From: an uncultured Planctomycetota bacterium | Lineage (GTDB): Bacteria > Planctomycetota > Planctomycetia > Isosphaerales > Isosphaeraceae | NCBI GenBank assembly: GCA_963823665.1 | Contig: CAWGMQ010000004.1 | Span: 2,240,001 to 2,304,000, forward strand | Direction: 5' to 3' | DNA: 64,000 bases | Part shown: in pieces, positions 47,880-61,704 of the stretch | Position numbering within the stretch: position 1 is the stretch's first letter | Layout of the letters: every line of letters begins with the position of its first letter | The notes under the pieces: generated by a model | Told to the model about the DNA's origin: nothing | Seen by the model: only the letters and a program-made list of their open reading frames with translations | The model's database searches: none | Position numbers and translations under genes: made by a program

Positions 47880-49370
47880 ATGAGCAGTGATACGACCACT
47901 GCGGTTTCGCTTCTGGCCAAGCTCACAGCGGGTGAGATCAGCTCACTCGAGGTTGTGCGCCAGTTACTGGACCGATCGGACCGGCTGAAACGACTGAACG
48001 TCTTTGTGCACCTTGATCCAGAACAGATACTGGCTCAAGCTCGTGAAATTGATCGTCGTCGTCAATCTGGCGAAGTGGTTGGCCCACTGGCTGGTGTTCC
48101 GGTGGCAATCAAGGACGTGCTCTGTGTGGAAGGTGAGCCGACCACGTGTGGGAGCCGCATGTTGCACGGATTTCGGCCACCATACGAAGCCACAGTGATT
48201 AGAAAGCTACGTGCCTCCGGTGCGATCATCTATGGCAAGACCAACATGGATGAGTTTGCAATGGGGTCATCAACCGAGAATAGTGCGTATGGGCCAACAT
48301 TAAACCCATGGGATGAGACTCGTGTGCCAGGTGGCTCGTCAGGTGGCTCGGCCGTGGCTGTGGCTGCCGAGCTCACCCCACTGGCTCTGGGAACGGATAC
48401 TGGCGGCTCAGTGCGACAGCCTGCGGCTGTTTGTGGAGTCGTAGGCCTGAAGCCAACTTATGGTCGGGTGAGCCGATTTGGTTTAATCGCTTATGCGAGT
48501 TCGCTCGACCAGATCGGTCCGTTCGCACATGATCTGACAGACACGGCACTCCTCTTGAGCGTGATTGCCGGCTGTGACCAGAACGATGCAACGAGCGTTC
48601 CAGAACCAGTACCTGATTATGTCGGAACACTCGAGCAACCACTGCCGTCGCTTCGGATTGGCGTGGTACCTGAGTTTCTCAAGGAGGGATTAGACCCGGA
48701 AGTCGCAGGTGCTATCCAGGAGGTAATCCGAATCTATGAGCAGTCCGGAGCATCAATCAAGGAGGTTTCGCTACCGCATTCAAAATATGGAATACCCGCA
48801 TACTACATCGTCGCCTCGGCGGAATGTTCGAGCAACCTGGCGAGATATGACGGCACGACCTACGGTCACCGCGCAGCAGATTTCAGCCCGAAATACCCAG
48901 TCGAACACAACCTCCCTTCCATGATTCGCATGATGATGGTCAGCCGGGCGGAAGGCTTTGGAGCGGAGGTGAAGAGAAGGATCATGCTGGGCACATTCGC
49001 GCTTTCCGCCGGCTACGCTGATCAATATTACAATAAAGCCCTTCAAGTCAGACGTAAGATCCGCAGTGATTTTGATTCAGCTTTCAAGCAGGTCGACGTT
49101 CTCCTGGGGCCCACGTCACCTACACCGGCCTTCAAACTGGGTGAGCGCACGGCGGACCCCCTGACGATGTACCTTTCAGATATTTACACGATCACTGCGA
49201 ACCTCGCTGGTATCCCAGCAATTTCAATCCCATGCGGGTTGACGCGCGGCGGGTTGCCAATCGGTCTACAGCTACTGGCTGCACCCTTTGCTGAAGAGAA
49301 GCTGCTCCGGGCAGCTCGTGTTTTCGAACAAAGTACGGACTGGCATTTGAAGCGACCGGCGCTGGCATGA
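47880..49370 (+). CDS. gatA: Asp/Glu-tRNA amidotransferase subunit A
   Basis: AIKD, GKTNMDEFAMGSSTENS, PGGSSGGS, GTDTGGSVRQPA, EVKRRIMLGT. Confidence 0.97.
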   Translation: MSSDTTTAVSLLAKLTAGEISSLEVVRQLLDRSDRLKRLNVFVHLDPEQILAQAREIDRRRQSGEVVGPLAGVPVAIKDVLCVEGEPTTCGSRMLHGFRPPYEATVIRKLRASGAIIYGKTNMDEFAMGSSTENSAYGPTLNPWDETRVPGGSSGGSAVAVAAELTPLALGTDTGGSVRQPAAVCGVVGLKPTYGRVSRFGLIAYASSLDQIGPFAHDLTDTALLLSVIAGCDQNDATSVPEPVPDYVGTLEQPLPSLRIGVVPEFLKEGLDPEVAGAIQEVIRIYEQSGASIKEVSLPHSKYGIPAYYIVASAECSSNLARYDGTTYGHRAADFSPKYPVEHNLPSMIRMMMVSRAEGFGAEVKRRIMLGTFALSAGYADQYYNKALQVRRKIRSDFDSAFKQVDVLLGPTSPTPAFKLGERTADPLTMYLSDIYTITANLAGIPAISIPCGLTRGGLPIGLQLLAAPFAEEKLLRAARVFEQSTDWHLKRPALA

Positions 49371-49450
49371 GGCCAGTTGCCAGGCACAACGCTTGATGAT
49401 TGAAGAGCGACCAGAGATTCCGTGCTGTAGTTATCCCAGGAGTAACGTGA

Positions 49451-50928
49451 ATGGACTACGAGATCATCATCGGCCTTGAAATTCACGTGCAGCTTCAGAC
49501 CGAAAGTAAGATGTTCTCGTGGAGCGGGACAGACTTCGGACTGCCGCCTAATACCCAGACCGACCCGGTTTCGCTAGGGCTTCCGGGTACACTGCCCGTG
49601 ATGAACCGTAAGGCGTTCGAGCTAGCGCTCAAGACGGCGGTAGGATTGGGCGCACAGATTGCACCGTTCACAAAATGGGATCGGAAGAACTACTACTACC
49701 CTGACCTGCCCAAGAATTATCAGATCAGCCAGTATGACCTTCCATTTTCGCGAGGAGGGCATCTCGAGATTCCGGCTCGCAAGGATGGTACAGGAGGGAG
49801 CTTGTGCCGGCTAACACGAATTCATCTTGAGGAAGACACAGGTAAGCTGACACACGGAAACGATCAGGTTCTCGGAAGTCGACTTGAACCGTGCAGGGAT
49901 TCCGTTACTCGAGATCGTGACCGAACCCGATATTCGTTCTGCCGCAGATGCACGTGGTTGTCTTGAGGAGCTACGGCTCACTTTGCGCTACCTGGATGTC
50001 TCGGATTGCGAGATGCAGGAGGGCTCGCTCCGGTGCGACGCAAACGTCAACCTTCACATCAAGAAGAATGGAGAGGTGATCGCGACGCCGATCGTCGAAA
50101 TCAAGAACCTGAACAGCTTCCGTGCAGTCGAAAAGGCACTTATTTATGAAGCCCAGCGGCAGTATCAGCAGTGGCTCACGGATGGGCGCTCGATCAAGGA
50201 TGCACCAAAGACGACACGCGGCTGGAATGATGTCGATGAAGTGACCAAGCCGCAACGCGAAAAGGAGTCGCTTGCCGATTATCGGTACTTCCCGGAGCCC
50301 GACTTGGTTCCCGTGGAAGTTGATCCAGGTTGGCTTGAGCAAATTCGAGCTTCCGTGGGCGAGTTGCCAACGGCACGGCGCCACCGATTCGAATCACAAT
50401 TCAGCCTTTCTCCGTATGATGCAAATGTTCTCGTGGAACAAGGGCAGGACGTCGCCGATTATTTTGATGCTGTCGCTCGAGTAACCGAGGAATACAAGCT
50501 GGCGAGCAACTGGATTCAACAGGATGTGCTCAGATCGATCAAGGAAAAGAAACTCTCTCTGGCTGATTTTCCAGTTCGCCCCGACGCATTGGCCGAGTTG
50601 ATCAATCGAGTGAAGCGCGGTGAGCTGAACACCAATCAGGGGCGGGAAGTCCTGGGTCGGATGATTGCGACCGGCGAATCAGCCGAGTCAATTATTGCCA
50701 AGGGCGGTTATCAGATGGTATCCGACCGCGACGCGATTGCCACAGCGATTGATGCCGCAATCACTGCGAACCCCCAAGCCATTGAGGACCTCAAGAAAGG
50801 TAAGAAGAAACCCGAGGCCGTTAAAGGATTTCTGCGCGGTCAGGTTATGAAGCAAACCGGCGGTAAGGCCAACCCAGCACTGGTCGGTGAACTCCTCGAG
50901 ACTCAAACTGGCCGATCTGGAGATCTGA
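49451..50928 (+). CDS. gatB: Asp/Glu-tRNA amidotransferase subunit B; apparent frameshifts at about 49865 and 50904
   Basis: [28 protein letters not shown] in ORF 49451; (FSEVDL)[40 protein letters not shown] in ORF 49884; natural-looking end KLADLEI* at 50928 in a third frame. Confidence 0.9.
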
Positions 50929-50970
50929 GACCGAAAATCAGCGATTGCGGTGGGACCCCGTCCATCCTGG

Positions 50971-51834
50971 TCAAGCTCCGGCATGTTGAGATGCCCGAGT
51001 ATTCTCGCTTCGTGCCTGCTTCCAGAGCTGATGAAGCTCGCACAGGTTGCGGACTTTCAGGTCGGCGCAGTCTGGTTTCGGATGGTTATTCTCTGGATCG
51101 AGCCACACTGTGCACATTCCTGCATCCCGTCCTCCCTTGATGTCTGAAGCCTGACTGTCACCGACCATGGCAGTCTGCCGGCTTGGATACCCAAGCCTTT
51201 CGATAGCAACACGGAAGAGAGTTGGTTGGGGTTTGCCGATCGCCACTGGCTCGACACCGCTTGCCACAGCAATAGCGGCAGCCAGGGCACCACAGCCTGG
51301 ATCAAACAGCCCAGGGCCCACAGGAAATCGATTGTCTAGATTGATCGCGAAGAATGATGCACCCGAGGCAACTGCTCGTGCCGCAGCTCGTAGCCTGCTG
51401 TAATCAAAGTCAAGGTCGACTCCAACAACAACCGCCTTGGCTTCCTGCCATTGTTCGAACTTGATCGGAGTGTGACCTGAACTCGCCAGTACCTGCGAAA
51501 GCTCTTCTGTACCAAGAACCAGCACTCGTACAGCCCCTAATTCACGCTTGACTTCGTCGCCTACAAGATCAAAAGGCGTGAGAACCTCAGCAGGATCAGC
51601 CGTGATGCCAAGCTCTCCAAGGCGATGACTGAGGCTATTAGATCCGGACCGCGAGCAATTTGACACGAACACGACGCCTGATCCCTCGGCGCGAAGATCA
51701 GTCACCAACTCTATTGCACCAGGGAGAATTGCCGGCCCTTCCCAGATCGTGCCGTCGAGGTCAAACGCAAAGCCACAAACATCTTGCAGCAACCGTAAGG
51801 TTGGACCCATCCCGATTTGATTCATTCGCTCCAT
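50971..51834 (-). CDS. HAD-superfamily subfamily IIA hydrolase (NagD-like); start uncertain
   Basis: FDLDGT, VSN, IGKP, MVGDSQASDIKGG. Confidence 0.88.
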   Translation of the reverse strand: MERMNQIGMGPTLRLLQDVCGFAFDLDGTIWEGPAILPGAIELVTDLRAEGSGVVFVSNCSRSGSNSLSHRLGELGITADPAEVLTPFDLVGDEVKRELGAVRVLVLGTEELSQVLASSGHTPIKFEQWQEAKAVVVGVDLDFDYSRLRAAARAVASGASFFAINLDNRFPVGPGLFDPGCGALAAAIAVASGVEPVAIGKPQPTLFRVAIERLGYPSRQTAMVGDSQASDIKGGRDAGMCTVWLDPENNHPKPDCADLKVRNLCELHQLWKQARSENTRASQHAGA

Positions 51835-52103
51835 CCCCGTAATAAATCCTCCCATAACCGCCCAGAAGAGTTTACCATCTTGAGAATCACCGCATACACC
51901 GTCCAAGTCTCGTTGAGAGAATCAGATGGAAGGCACAGGGCACAGGCCATCGCGTGTCCCAGCATGGCAAAGGATAGGACGTACTTGCTAGAATCACAGT
52001 GCAGAGGTCGACTGAGACGTGCGGAGGTTGTTGTCACTCGAAAGAACGGGATTGGAGTCGCACTTCACTTCGCCCATCCAGAATTCCCGCAAAGGAGTCT
52101 GCT

Positions 52104-53078
52104 ATGAATCTGCTTGATCAGTTGCGCAAGATGACGGTGGTCGTCGCCGACACCGGTGATTTCGAGTCAATTGCTCAGTATCGACCGCGCGATGCAACAA
52201 CCAATCCGTCGCTTATCTACAAGGCGGCCCAGATGCCGCACTACAAGCCATTGCTCGAGGAGGCTGTTGCTCAGGTACAGTCGGGAGCCGGCGATCACGA
52301 GTCTTCCGTAGACGCGGTCGTCGACCGGCTGTTCATCGCCTTTGGCAAGGAGATACTACAGATCATCCCAGGTCGAGTTTCAACCGAGGTCGATGCGCGA
52401 CTGTCGTTCGACACTCAAGCAACCATGCAGAAAGCCCGTAGTCTGATATCGCTTTACGAAGCCGACGGAATTGATCGACAGCGGATCCTGATCAAGATTG
52501 CTTCAACTTGGGAAGGAATTCGAGCGGCCGCACAGCTCGAGAAAGAGGGAATCCACTGTAACTTGACACTGCTCTTTGGCTTCCCACAGGCTGTTGCCTG
52601 TGCAGAAGCTGGAATCACGCTGATCTCCCCGTTCGTGGGACGAATTCATGACTGGTACTGCAAGGAGCGCGGTGTGAAGGAAATTCCCGCAACTGAAGAC
52701 CCTGGCGTTCACTCCGTCATCAAAATCTTCAACTATTTCAAGAAGTTTGATTATCGCACCGAGGTCATGGGAGCAAGCTTCCGCAATCCGGGTGAGATCA
52801 CCGAGCTGGCTGGGTGCGACCTCTTGACAATTTCACCCGAGCTTCTGGGCGAGCTGCAAAAGATGGACGGAACCCTGAACCGCAAGCTTTCAGTCGAGAC
52901 GGCCCGCACTCAAAAGATCGAAAAGATCCAACTGGACGAAAAGACGTTTCGTTGGATGCTTAACGAAGATGCCATGGCCACGGAAAAACTGGCCGATGGC
53001 ATACGCCGGTTCTACGCCGATCTCGTCAAGCTCAAAGAGTACATCTCCAAATTCTTGCATCAACCGATAGGCGTTTGA
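52104..53078 (+). CDS. tal: Transaldolase
   Basis: [61 protein letters not shown]. Confidence 0.97.
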   Translation: MNLLDQLRKMTVVVADTGDFESIAQYRPRDATTNPSLIYKAAQMPHYKPLLEEAVAQVQSGAGDHESSVDAVVDRLFIAFGKEILQIIPGRVSTEVDARLSFDTQATMQKARSLISLYEADGIDRQRILIKIASTWEGIRAAAQLEKEGIHCNLTLLFGFPQAVACAEAGITLISPFVGRIHDWYCKERGVKEIPATEDPGVHSVIKIFNYFKKFDYRTEVMGASFRNPGEITELAGCDLLTISPELLGELQKMDGTLNRKLSVETARTQKIEKIQLDEKTFRWMLNEDAMATEKLADGIRRFYADLVKLKEYISKFLHQPIGV

Positions 53079-53085
53079 GCCATAT

Positions 53086-53880
53086 CTAGCGATGTTCATC
53101 ACTCCCGCTGAGTGTGTTTTGAATGACACCGAAGCAATCACGCAGCGCCTTCTGATAGATCCAGATATCGGTCAGATAGACGAGCATGTGAAATCCGTCG
53201 GCTGGTCCGCGAGCAAGTAACTTCGGGTCGGAGGCTCCTAGCACCGCGATCTTGCCATGCCTTCGGCACGCCTCCACCACCTTCTGAGTTGCTTCCTGAA
53301 AAATACGATGATCCAGCCGACCCGGGATTCCGAGTGAAGTCGAGAGGTCGAACTGTCCAATCCAGAGCGCGTCGATTCCATGAACCGCCGCAATCTGGTG
53401 AGCATGTTCAGCTCCATCGGCATTCTCAATCTGAGCGATGAGCATAGTCTCTTCATTGGCCCTGCGCATCTTGGTGACCAGGTTCCCAGCGCGGTAGCCA
53501 TCATGAGCGACGCCAAATGCCACACCTCGGCGCCCTTCTGGTGGATACTTGGCACAAGCAACAATTTCTCGGGCTTGTTCCTCATTGGAGACGAACGGAA
53601 CCACAACCCCCATGGCACCTACGTCAAGGATACGCGATATGAAATGATATTGCAGAGTTGGCACGCGCACCATTGGCACCACATCGACCGCACTGGAGCT
53701 TGCCATCAGCATGCGAATAGTCTCCATGCTCCAACCGGTATGTTCCATGTCGAATACGACGAACTCGGAGCCCGCTTCGGCCGTGATGCGGCTAATACCC
53801 GTGGTGCTGAACTCGAGAATCATCGTTCCCACCGCGACTCCACCATGCTCCAGGACTCGCTTGACCTTGTTAACTCTCAT
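53086..53880 (-). CDS. HpcH/HpaI aldolase family protein
   Basis: DMEH, MVRVP, LDVGAMG, KYPPEGRRG, AQIE, IGQFDLS. Confidence 0.9.
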   Translation of the reverse strand: MRVNKVKRVLEHGGVAVGTMILEFSTTGISRITAEAGSEFVVFDMEHTGWSMETIRMLMASSSAVDVVPMVRVPTLQYHFISRILDVGAMGVVVPFVSNEEQAREIVACAKYPPEGRRGVAFGVAHDGYRAGNLVTKMRRANEETMLIAQIENADGAEHAHQIAAVHGIDALWIGQFDLSTSLGIPGRLDHRIFQEATQKVVEACRRHGKIAVLGASDPKLLARGPADGFHMLVYLTDIWIYQKALRDCFGVIQNTLSGSDEHR

Positions 53881-54097
53881 CTGACCTCCCTCGCGGCCTG
53901 AATGATGGACTGATTCCGCTCGTAACTTGAATCAGGGCGATGCTGTTGGTAATCCGTGGTCTTGGAACTTCGCCGATCCAGCATACTAAACCGTGCCGGT
54001 AATCTCTTTCGAGTTGTTTGTTCTGAAAGACTGGTGCACTATTTACCGGTAGACAGCGGCTACGCTTCAGTTGTTTGACGGCGTACGGAAAGGCACC

Positions 54098-55180
54098 ATG
54101 ATCGACACCAGTTCGATTCGACTCACACAGTTCGCGAAACGCGCTGGTTGTGCCGCCAAACAGCCACCGGATTACTTGCTTTCCCTGTTGGCCGGACTAC
54201 CGCCCATCGTGGACCCGAATGTACTGGTCGGCCATTCAACCTCAGACGATGCAGCCGTATACCGGATCAATGATGATTTAGCGCTTATCCTCACGACGGA
54301 TTTCTTCACACCCGTTGTCGATCGGCCCTATGACTTCGGCGCGGTAGCGGCAGCCAATGCATTGAGCGATGTTTACGCAATGGGCGGCACGCCCATGACG
54401 GCTCTCTCGCTCGTCGGGTTCCCGAGTGGGACCCTACCACCGGAAGTCCTTGCCGAGATTCTGCGCGGAGCTGTAGATAAAGCAGCGGAAGCCGGTATCG
54501 CGATCATCGGCGGGCACACGATTCAGACTGACGAGCCGATTTTTGGCCTCGCAGTTGTGGGACAGGCTCGGCCTGAGTCCATCATTACCAACGCGGGTGC
54601 GCGCCCGGGTGACTTCTTGGTCCTGACCAAGCCACTCGGCTTGGGGATTATCACAACGGCGGCCAAACGGAACGAGGACGATCAAGATGCAATTTCCGAA
54701 GCCATCGCAGTGATGACCACGCTCAACCGAGACGCTTCCTTGATAATGGTGGAGGCCGGCGCTCATGCGCTTACAGATGTTACCGGCTTCGGACTGCTGG
54801 GACATCTACGGGGCATGGCAGCGGCCAGTGGAGTCTTGGCGCAAGTCTGGATCGACTTGGTACCGTGTTTGCCCGCTGCTGGAGTCTATGTTCAAAGAGG
54901 AATTGCTCCTGGCGGCAGCCATGCGAATCTCCGATTCCTCTCGAACTGGGTTGACTACGACGTGGACATAACAGACCACGAACGGCTCTTGCTTTGTGAC
55001 GCCCAAACCTCCGGTGGCTTGCTGGCCGCGCTGCCCGGTGATCGTGCCGCACAGGTCGTGCGAAAACTGCGAATTGCAGGAGCTGCCTCTACGGCCCTTA
55101 TCGGATCAATTGAAGCAGGGTCTCCTGGTCGAGTTCACGTACGTCGCGCGCCCCATTCAGGAGCCATTTCGAACGCATGA
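54098..55180 (+). CDS. selD: Selenide, water dikinase (Cys form)
   Basis: AGCAAK (TGT codon), DDAAVY, TTDFFTP, AANALSDVYAMGG, GGHT, LTKPLG, TDVTGFGLLGH, DAQTSGGLL. Confidence 0.93.
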   Translation: MIDTSSIRLTQFAKRAGCAAKQPPDYLLSLLAGLPPIVDPNVLVGHSTSDDAAVYRINDDLALILTTDFFTPVVDRPYDFGAVAAANALSDVYAMGGTPMTALSLVGFPSGTLPPEVLAEILRGAVDKAAEAGIAIIGGHTIQTDEPIFGLAVVGQARPESIITNAGARPGDFLVLTKPLGLGIITTAAKRNEDDQDAISEAIAVMTTLNRDASLIMVEAGAHALTDVTGFGLLGHLRGMAAASGVLAQVWIDLVPCLPAAGVYVQRGIAPGGSHANLRFLSNWVDYDVDITDHERLLLCDAQTSGGLLAALPGDRAAQVVRKLRIAGAASTALIGSIEAGSPGRVHVRRAPHSGAISNA

Positions 55181-55255
55181 ACTCAGCGGTAGGTCGTCCT
55201 GACGCCCTACGGAGCTTTCGTCTTCAATGACAGGGAATTTCTTGTCACACGTGTT

Positions 55256-58200
55256 TCACGACAATAGAAATTCAATATCTTCGCGAGAAAGGTTCTCGAC
55301 AGCACCCCGGCCATCGCCATTCAGGATCGCATCAGCCAGGTCACGCTTTTTTCGCTGCAATTCCAGGATTTTTTCCTCGACTGTACCTCGACAGATCAAC
55401 CGGTAAGCAAAAACATGTTGGGTTTGTCCGATGCGGTGCGAGCGATCAATCGCTTGCGCCTCGACGGCAGGGTTCCACCACGGATCAAGCAGGTAAACAT
55501 ATTCAGCGGCAGTCAAATTGAGACCTAAACCGCCGGCTTTGAGACTGATCAAGAAAACGGGGCAGTTAGGATCGGTTTGGAAACGTGCAACACGAGCGGC
55601 ACGGTTGCGCGTTCGACCGTCGAGATACTCGTACGTGATCTTTTCTTGCTGAAGCCGCTCGCGAACAATGGCAAGGAAACTCGTGAACTGAGAGAACACG
55701 AGAACTTTGTGTCCTTCCTCAACCACTTCCGTTATCGATGGCAGTAGCATCTCGAGCTTCGCGCTCGAACCGCTCACTAGCTCAGGATTAATCAAGCCAG
55801 GGTGACAGGCGGCCTGACGCAATCGCAACAGAGCTTCAAGAACCTCGATCTTGGAGCGATTGAGTTCTACGGTATCTTTGCCCAGCAGGGCATCGCGGTA
55901 ATGTGCCCGCAGTTCGTCATAGCAGCGAGTCTGCTCGGCCTCCATGTTGCAGTAAAGCGTTTGCTCAGTCTTTTCGGGCAGATCCTCGACGACCTGCTGT
56001 TTAGTGCGCCGGAGAATGAACGGCCGGAGAACTCTGGCCAGCAAGGTGCGGTCTATCTCTTCCAGCGTCGCATTGGAGCCGACGTACTTCCTGAACACTG
56101 TGTCACTGCCTAGCATTCCTGGGTTCAGAAACTCGAAAATCGACCAGAGCTCTCCCAGGTGGTTTTCGATTGGCGTACCACTCACAGCGAGCTTGAAGTG
56201 GCTACGCAAGAGACGCGCGGCTTTGGCCGATTGGCTGTCGGCGTTTTTAATTGCCTGTGCCTCATCGAGAATTGCGTAATCGAACTGGAATTGGGTTAAC
56301 TCTGCAATATCGGTGCGAACGGTGCCATAGGTCGTGATGATCAAGTCGTACTCACCAAAAACTTCGCGGAGAGCATGGCGGTTAGGCCCAGTGTAGTCCA
56401 GTACGCGAAGTCGTGGGGTAAATCTCGTAGCCTCTTGAATCCAGTTAAAGACGAGCGAACGCGGTACGACTGCCAGCGATGGCCCTTTTGCTTGGCGGTG
56501 AGCTCGCCGTCTTTGGAGAAACGCCAGAACCTGGATCGTTTTGCCGAGGCCCATATCATCGGCTAGAATACCGCCAAATCCGAAACGCTGGAGATAATCC
56601 AGCCAGCCTAATCCCTCTCGTTGGTAGGGCCGCAGCTCGCCGTGGAAACCTGAAGGTGAATCAATTGGTACGATACCGCCGAACTGTCGCAGGTTTTGAC
56701 GTATCTTTTCAAAAGCAGCGTCGACCTGAATCTCCGGCTGTGCATCCAGAAGTGCCTCGAGCACACTCGCTTGAGCTGAAGTGAAGCGCAGGCCACCATC
56801 GCTCACCGTTGCGATATCAGCAAGCATGCCGTATTTCTTGAACCACTCTTCCGGAAGCATGCCCATCGAACCATCGCCAAGCTCGATCATCGAATCACCA
56901 CGCCGAGCAGCGGCCAGCAGTTCGGGAAGGGTTACTTTGTGGTCGCCGTACTGGATCCCGCCATCGAGTTCAAACCAGTCAATGCCCGTAGAAAGAGCCA
57001 GCTTGAACTCTCCCGCTGGACGGATTAATTTCCCTTCCGCCTCAACACGCCAACCGGCTGCAACCAGGTCTTTCGTGACCTGGGCCATCCTCTTTGCCGG
57101 CAATTCAAGCGTTCCCGGATCGAGATGAGGATCCTTCGCCTCACGAAAACCCAGCTCGAATAGTTTGATGTCCGCGGCACTCTCCGTCCGGGGGTCGCGC
57201 CGGATTACCAAGCCTAACTCGGTTGAAACAGCGAGAGGTGTTGTCCGGCCGGCTGGAATTACAGCACCGTCGTATTCGAAGTCCAACTCGCCGATCAGCT
57301 TGTCAGCGCTGAGCCCCCAGTTCTGCCGTGGAGTCCTTAGCGTCAGGCAAGGCCGAGGCTTGGCATTGATTTCCTCGAGTCGGAGCGACTCGACGAGTTC
57401 CACAGGCGGCACACGAGTCTCGGCCAAGATTCGCCCTAACATCAGATCCTGCTGGGGCTCAGCAAACGTGATCTCTTTTTCGTAGCGGAGGCGCAGGATC
57501 CACGGCATGATGCCAAGATCGTCAAAACGAGCGGTTCGGCCAATGCCCAGGACGAGTAAGCCAGAGAGAAGAATCAATGGCTCTGAGAGATCCATTCGAT
57601 TATCAGCTCGACGGAGTGAGCCTCGCCAAGTCCATCGCTTACCACCTAATTCGGGCCGAATTTCTAGCGAGAAGCGCCACGGTTGCCCATCGTCCCACCG
57701 AATTGTGGGCGGATCTTCCTCCCCCTCGGTACGGCGAAGTCGGAGCCGGTTGGTCTTCGCCAGCCTTTCCACCAGGGCAGCCTGATCTTTGCGGAGCACA
57801 AAGCGGCGCATACCTCGCACCACACGTTCACTCCCCGCACGCGATCCTCCGTTGTTGGAACCGAGCAGCCGAGGACCAGCACCAGCACCAGCACCATTGC
57901 TTGTCCCCATTCGGGGGGATAATCCTTGCATTACTCCTGGTCCGGGCTCTGAACTCAGCGGTGCTGCGTATCCACCTTGAGATGCGCCGCCATGGGCCTC
58001 GTCAAGGAGTGCTAGAAGTAGACGGTCTTCAGGGTCATACTTCACATGGGCAGCATGCGGTGCGTAATACCAAGGGCGCAAAGGCCCCCACTCGCCTGTC
58101 GTTTTACGTTGGCGACGAGCCAAATCGATGACCACTTGATTTTGCGCCAAGGTGGCGGACACGTCGAGAACGTAAACCAACAGCCGCTTGGCGTTGCGAT

Positions 58201-58837
58201 TGATCGCCCTCGGTTTCGCTGGGCCTGTATTGGGCCCCGCTGCCGCAGACTTGATCTTTGATCGGCTTCCCGGGCCAGGGTACTCTCGAGACGTACGGCT
58301 CCGCTGACTCCAACTCCCTTGTTCATCCGTCTGGCTACCGTGAACCTGGCGGTCCTTGCGTTTGCTTTTACTTCCTCGGATATTCGGACCAACTGGACGC
58401 GCTGGCACCAAACCCATCATTTCCAAACCCAAATCCAGCTCTCCCAGCTCTGTGGACTGTTGGTCCAATCTCGGCGAAGTTCGTGGATCTGGCAATCCTT
58501 CATGCATTGCTTGCCGGGGACTCTCCTCCGTTACCAAGTGCACCGGAAATACAGGAGGCGAGTGCAGTAGACCTCTCGCTTCTGCTAGAAGCAACGTTGC
58601 CCAGAGATGTTTACACGGCTCTCGCTGCGGGTTGAAATATGGGCACGTGCACGAAGCCAGCAACTTTGAACCCCGTAGCCGCACCCGAACTCGGTACTTT
58701 GAAGTTCCTCGCACTCTGGCGACAACCTCACCGGCTCTCGCGGTCATCAAGGTCACGCGACCCTTGACAAAGTACGATTGGCCACGCGAACGCACTGCGT
58801 CGCTAAAGTTTCGCGCGACTTTCTGGGCGATCCCCAT
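55256..58837 (-). CDS. SWIM zinc-finger SNF2-family helicase/ATPase
   Basis: CTCP...CKH SWIM; LRPYQ, LADDMGLGKT, DEAQ, SGTPIEN, LVFSQF, SLKAGGLGLNL, DPWWNP, QAIDRSHRIGQ. Confidence 0.95.
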   Translation of the reverse strand: MGIAQKVARNFSDAVRSRGQSYFVKGRVTLMTARAGEVVARVRGTSKYRVRVRLRGSKLLASCTCPYFNPQREPCKHLWATLLLAEARGLLHSPPVFPVHLVTEESPRQAMHEGLPDPRTSPRLDQQSTELGELDLGLEMMGLVPARPVGPNIRGSKSKRKDRQVHGSQTDEQGSWSQRSRTSREYPGPGSRSKIKSAAAGPNTGPAKPRAINRNAKRLLVYVLDVSATLAQNQVVIDLARRQRKTTGEWGPLRPWYYAPHAAHVKYDPEDRLLLALLDEAHGGASQGGYAAPLSSEPGPGVMQGLSPRMGTSNGAGAGAGPRLLGSNNGGSRAGSERVVRGMRRFVLRKDQAALVERLAKTNRLRLRRTEGEEDPPTIRWDDGQPWRFSLEIRPELGGKRWTWRGSLRRADNRMDLSEPLILLSGLLVLGIGRTARFDDLGIMPWILRLRYEKEITFAEPQQDLMLGRILAETRVPPVELVESLRLEEINAKPRPCLTLRTPRQNWGLSADKLIGELDFEYDGAVIPAGRTTPLAVSTELGLVIRRDPRTESAADIKLFELGFREAKDPHLDPGTLELPAKRMAQVTKDLVAAGWRVEAEGKLIRPAGEFKLALSTGIDWFELDGGIQYGDHKVTLPELLAAARRGDSMIELGDGSMGMLPEEWFKKYGMLADIATVSDGGLRFTSAQASVLEALLDAQPEIQVDAAFEKIRQNLRQFGGIVPIDSPSGFHGELRPYQREGLGWLDYLQRFGFGGILADDMGLGKTIQVLAFLQRRRAHRQAKGPSLAVVPRSLVFNWIQEATRFTPRLRVLDYTGPNRHALREVFGEYDLIITTYGTVRTDIAELTQFQFDYAILDEAQAIKNADSQSAKAARLLRSHFKLAVSGTPIENHLGELWSIFEFLNPGMLGSDTVFRKYVGSNATLEEIDRTLLARVLRPFILRRTKQQVVEDLPEKTEQTLYCNMEAEQTRCYDELRAHYRDALLGKDTVELNRSKIEVLEALLRLRQAACHPGLINPELVSGSSAKLEMLLPSITEVVEEGHKVLVFSQFTSFLAIVRERLQQEKITYEYLDGRTRNRAARVARFQTDPNCPVFLISLKAGGLGLNLTAAEYVYLLDPWWNPAVEAQAIDRSHRIGQTQHVFAYRLICRGTVEEKILELQRKKRDLADAILNGDGRGAVENLSREDIEFLLS

Positions 58838-58932
58838 TATCTGTTCCCGCTTGGGATGGATTCTGCAATTACTTTAGTCAGTAACGACACGCAAGCTAAA
58901 TACTGCAAACTCAACGCGAGCATGAGATTCGC

Positions 58933-61704
<2,772 letters not shown>

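Noticed and set aside
55243..55267. parS-like sequence (TGTCACACGTGTTTCA / TGTTTCACG)
   Set aside because: Only 11 of 16 matches, or a half-site, against TGTTTCACGTGAAACA; not palindromic.
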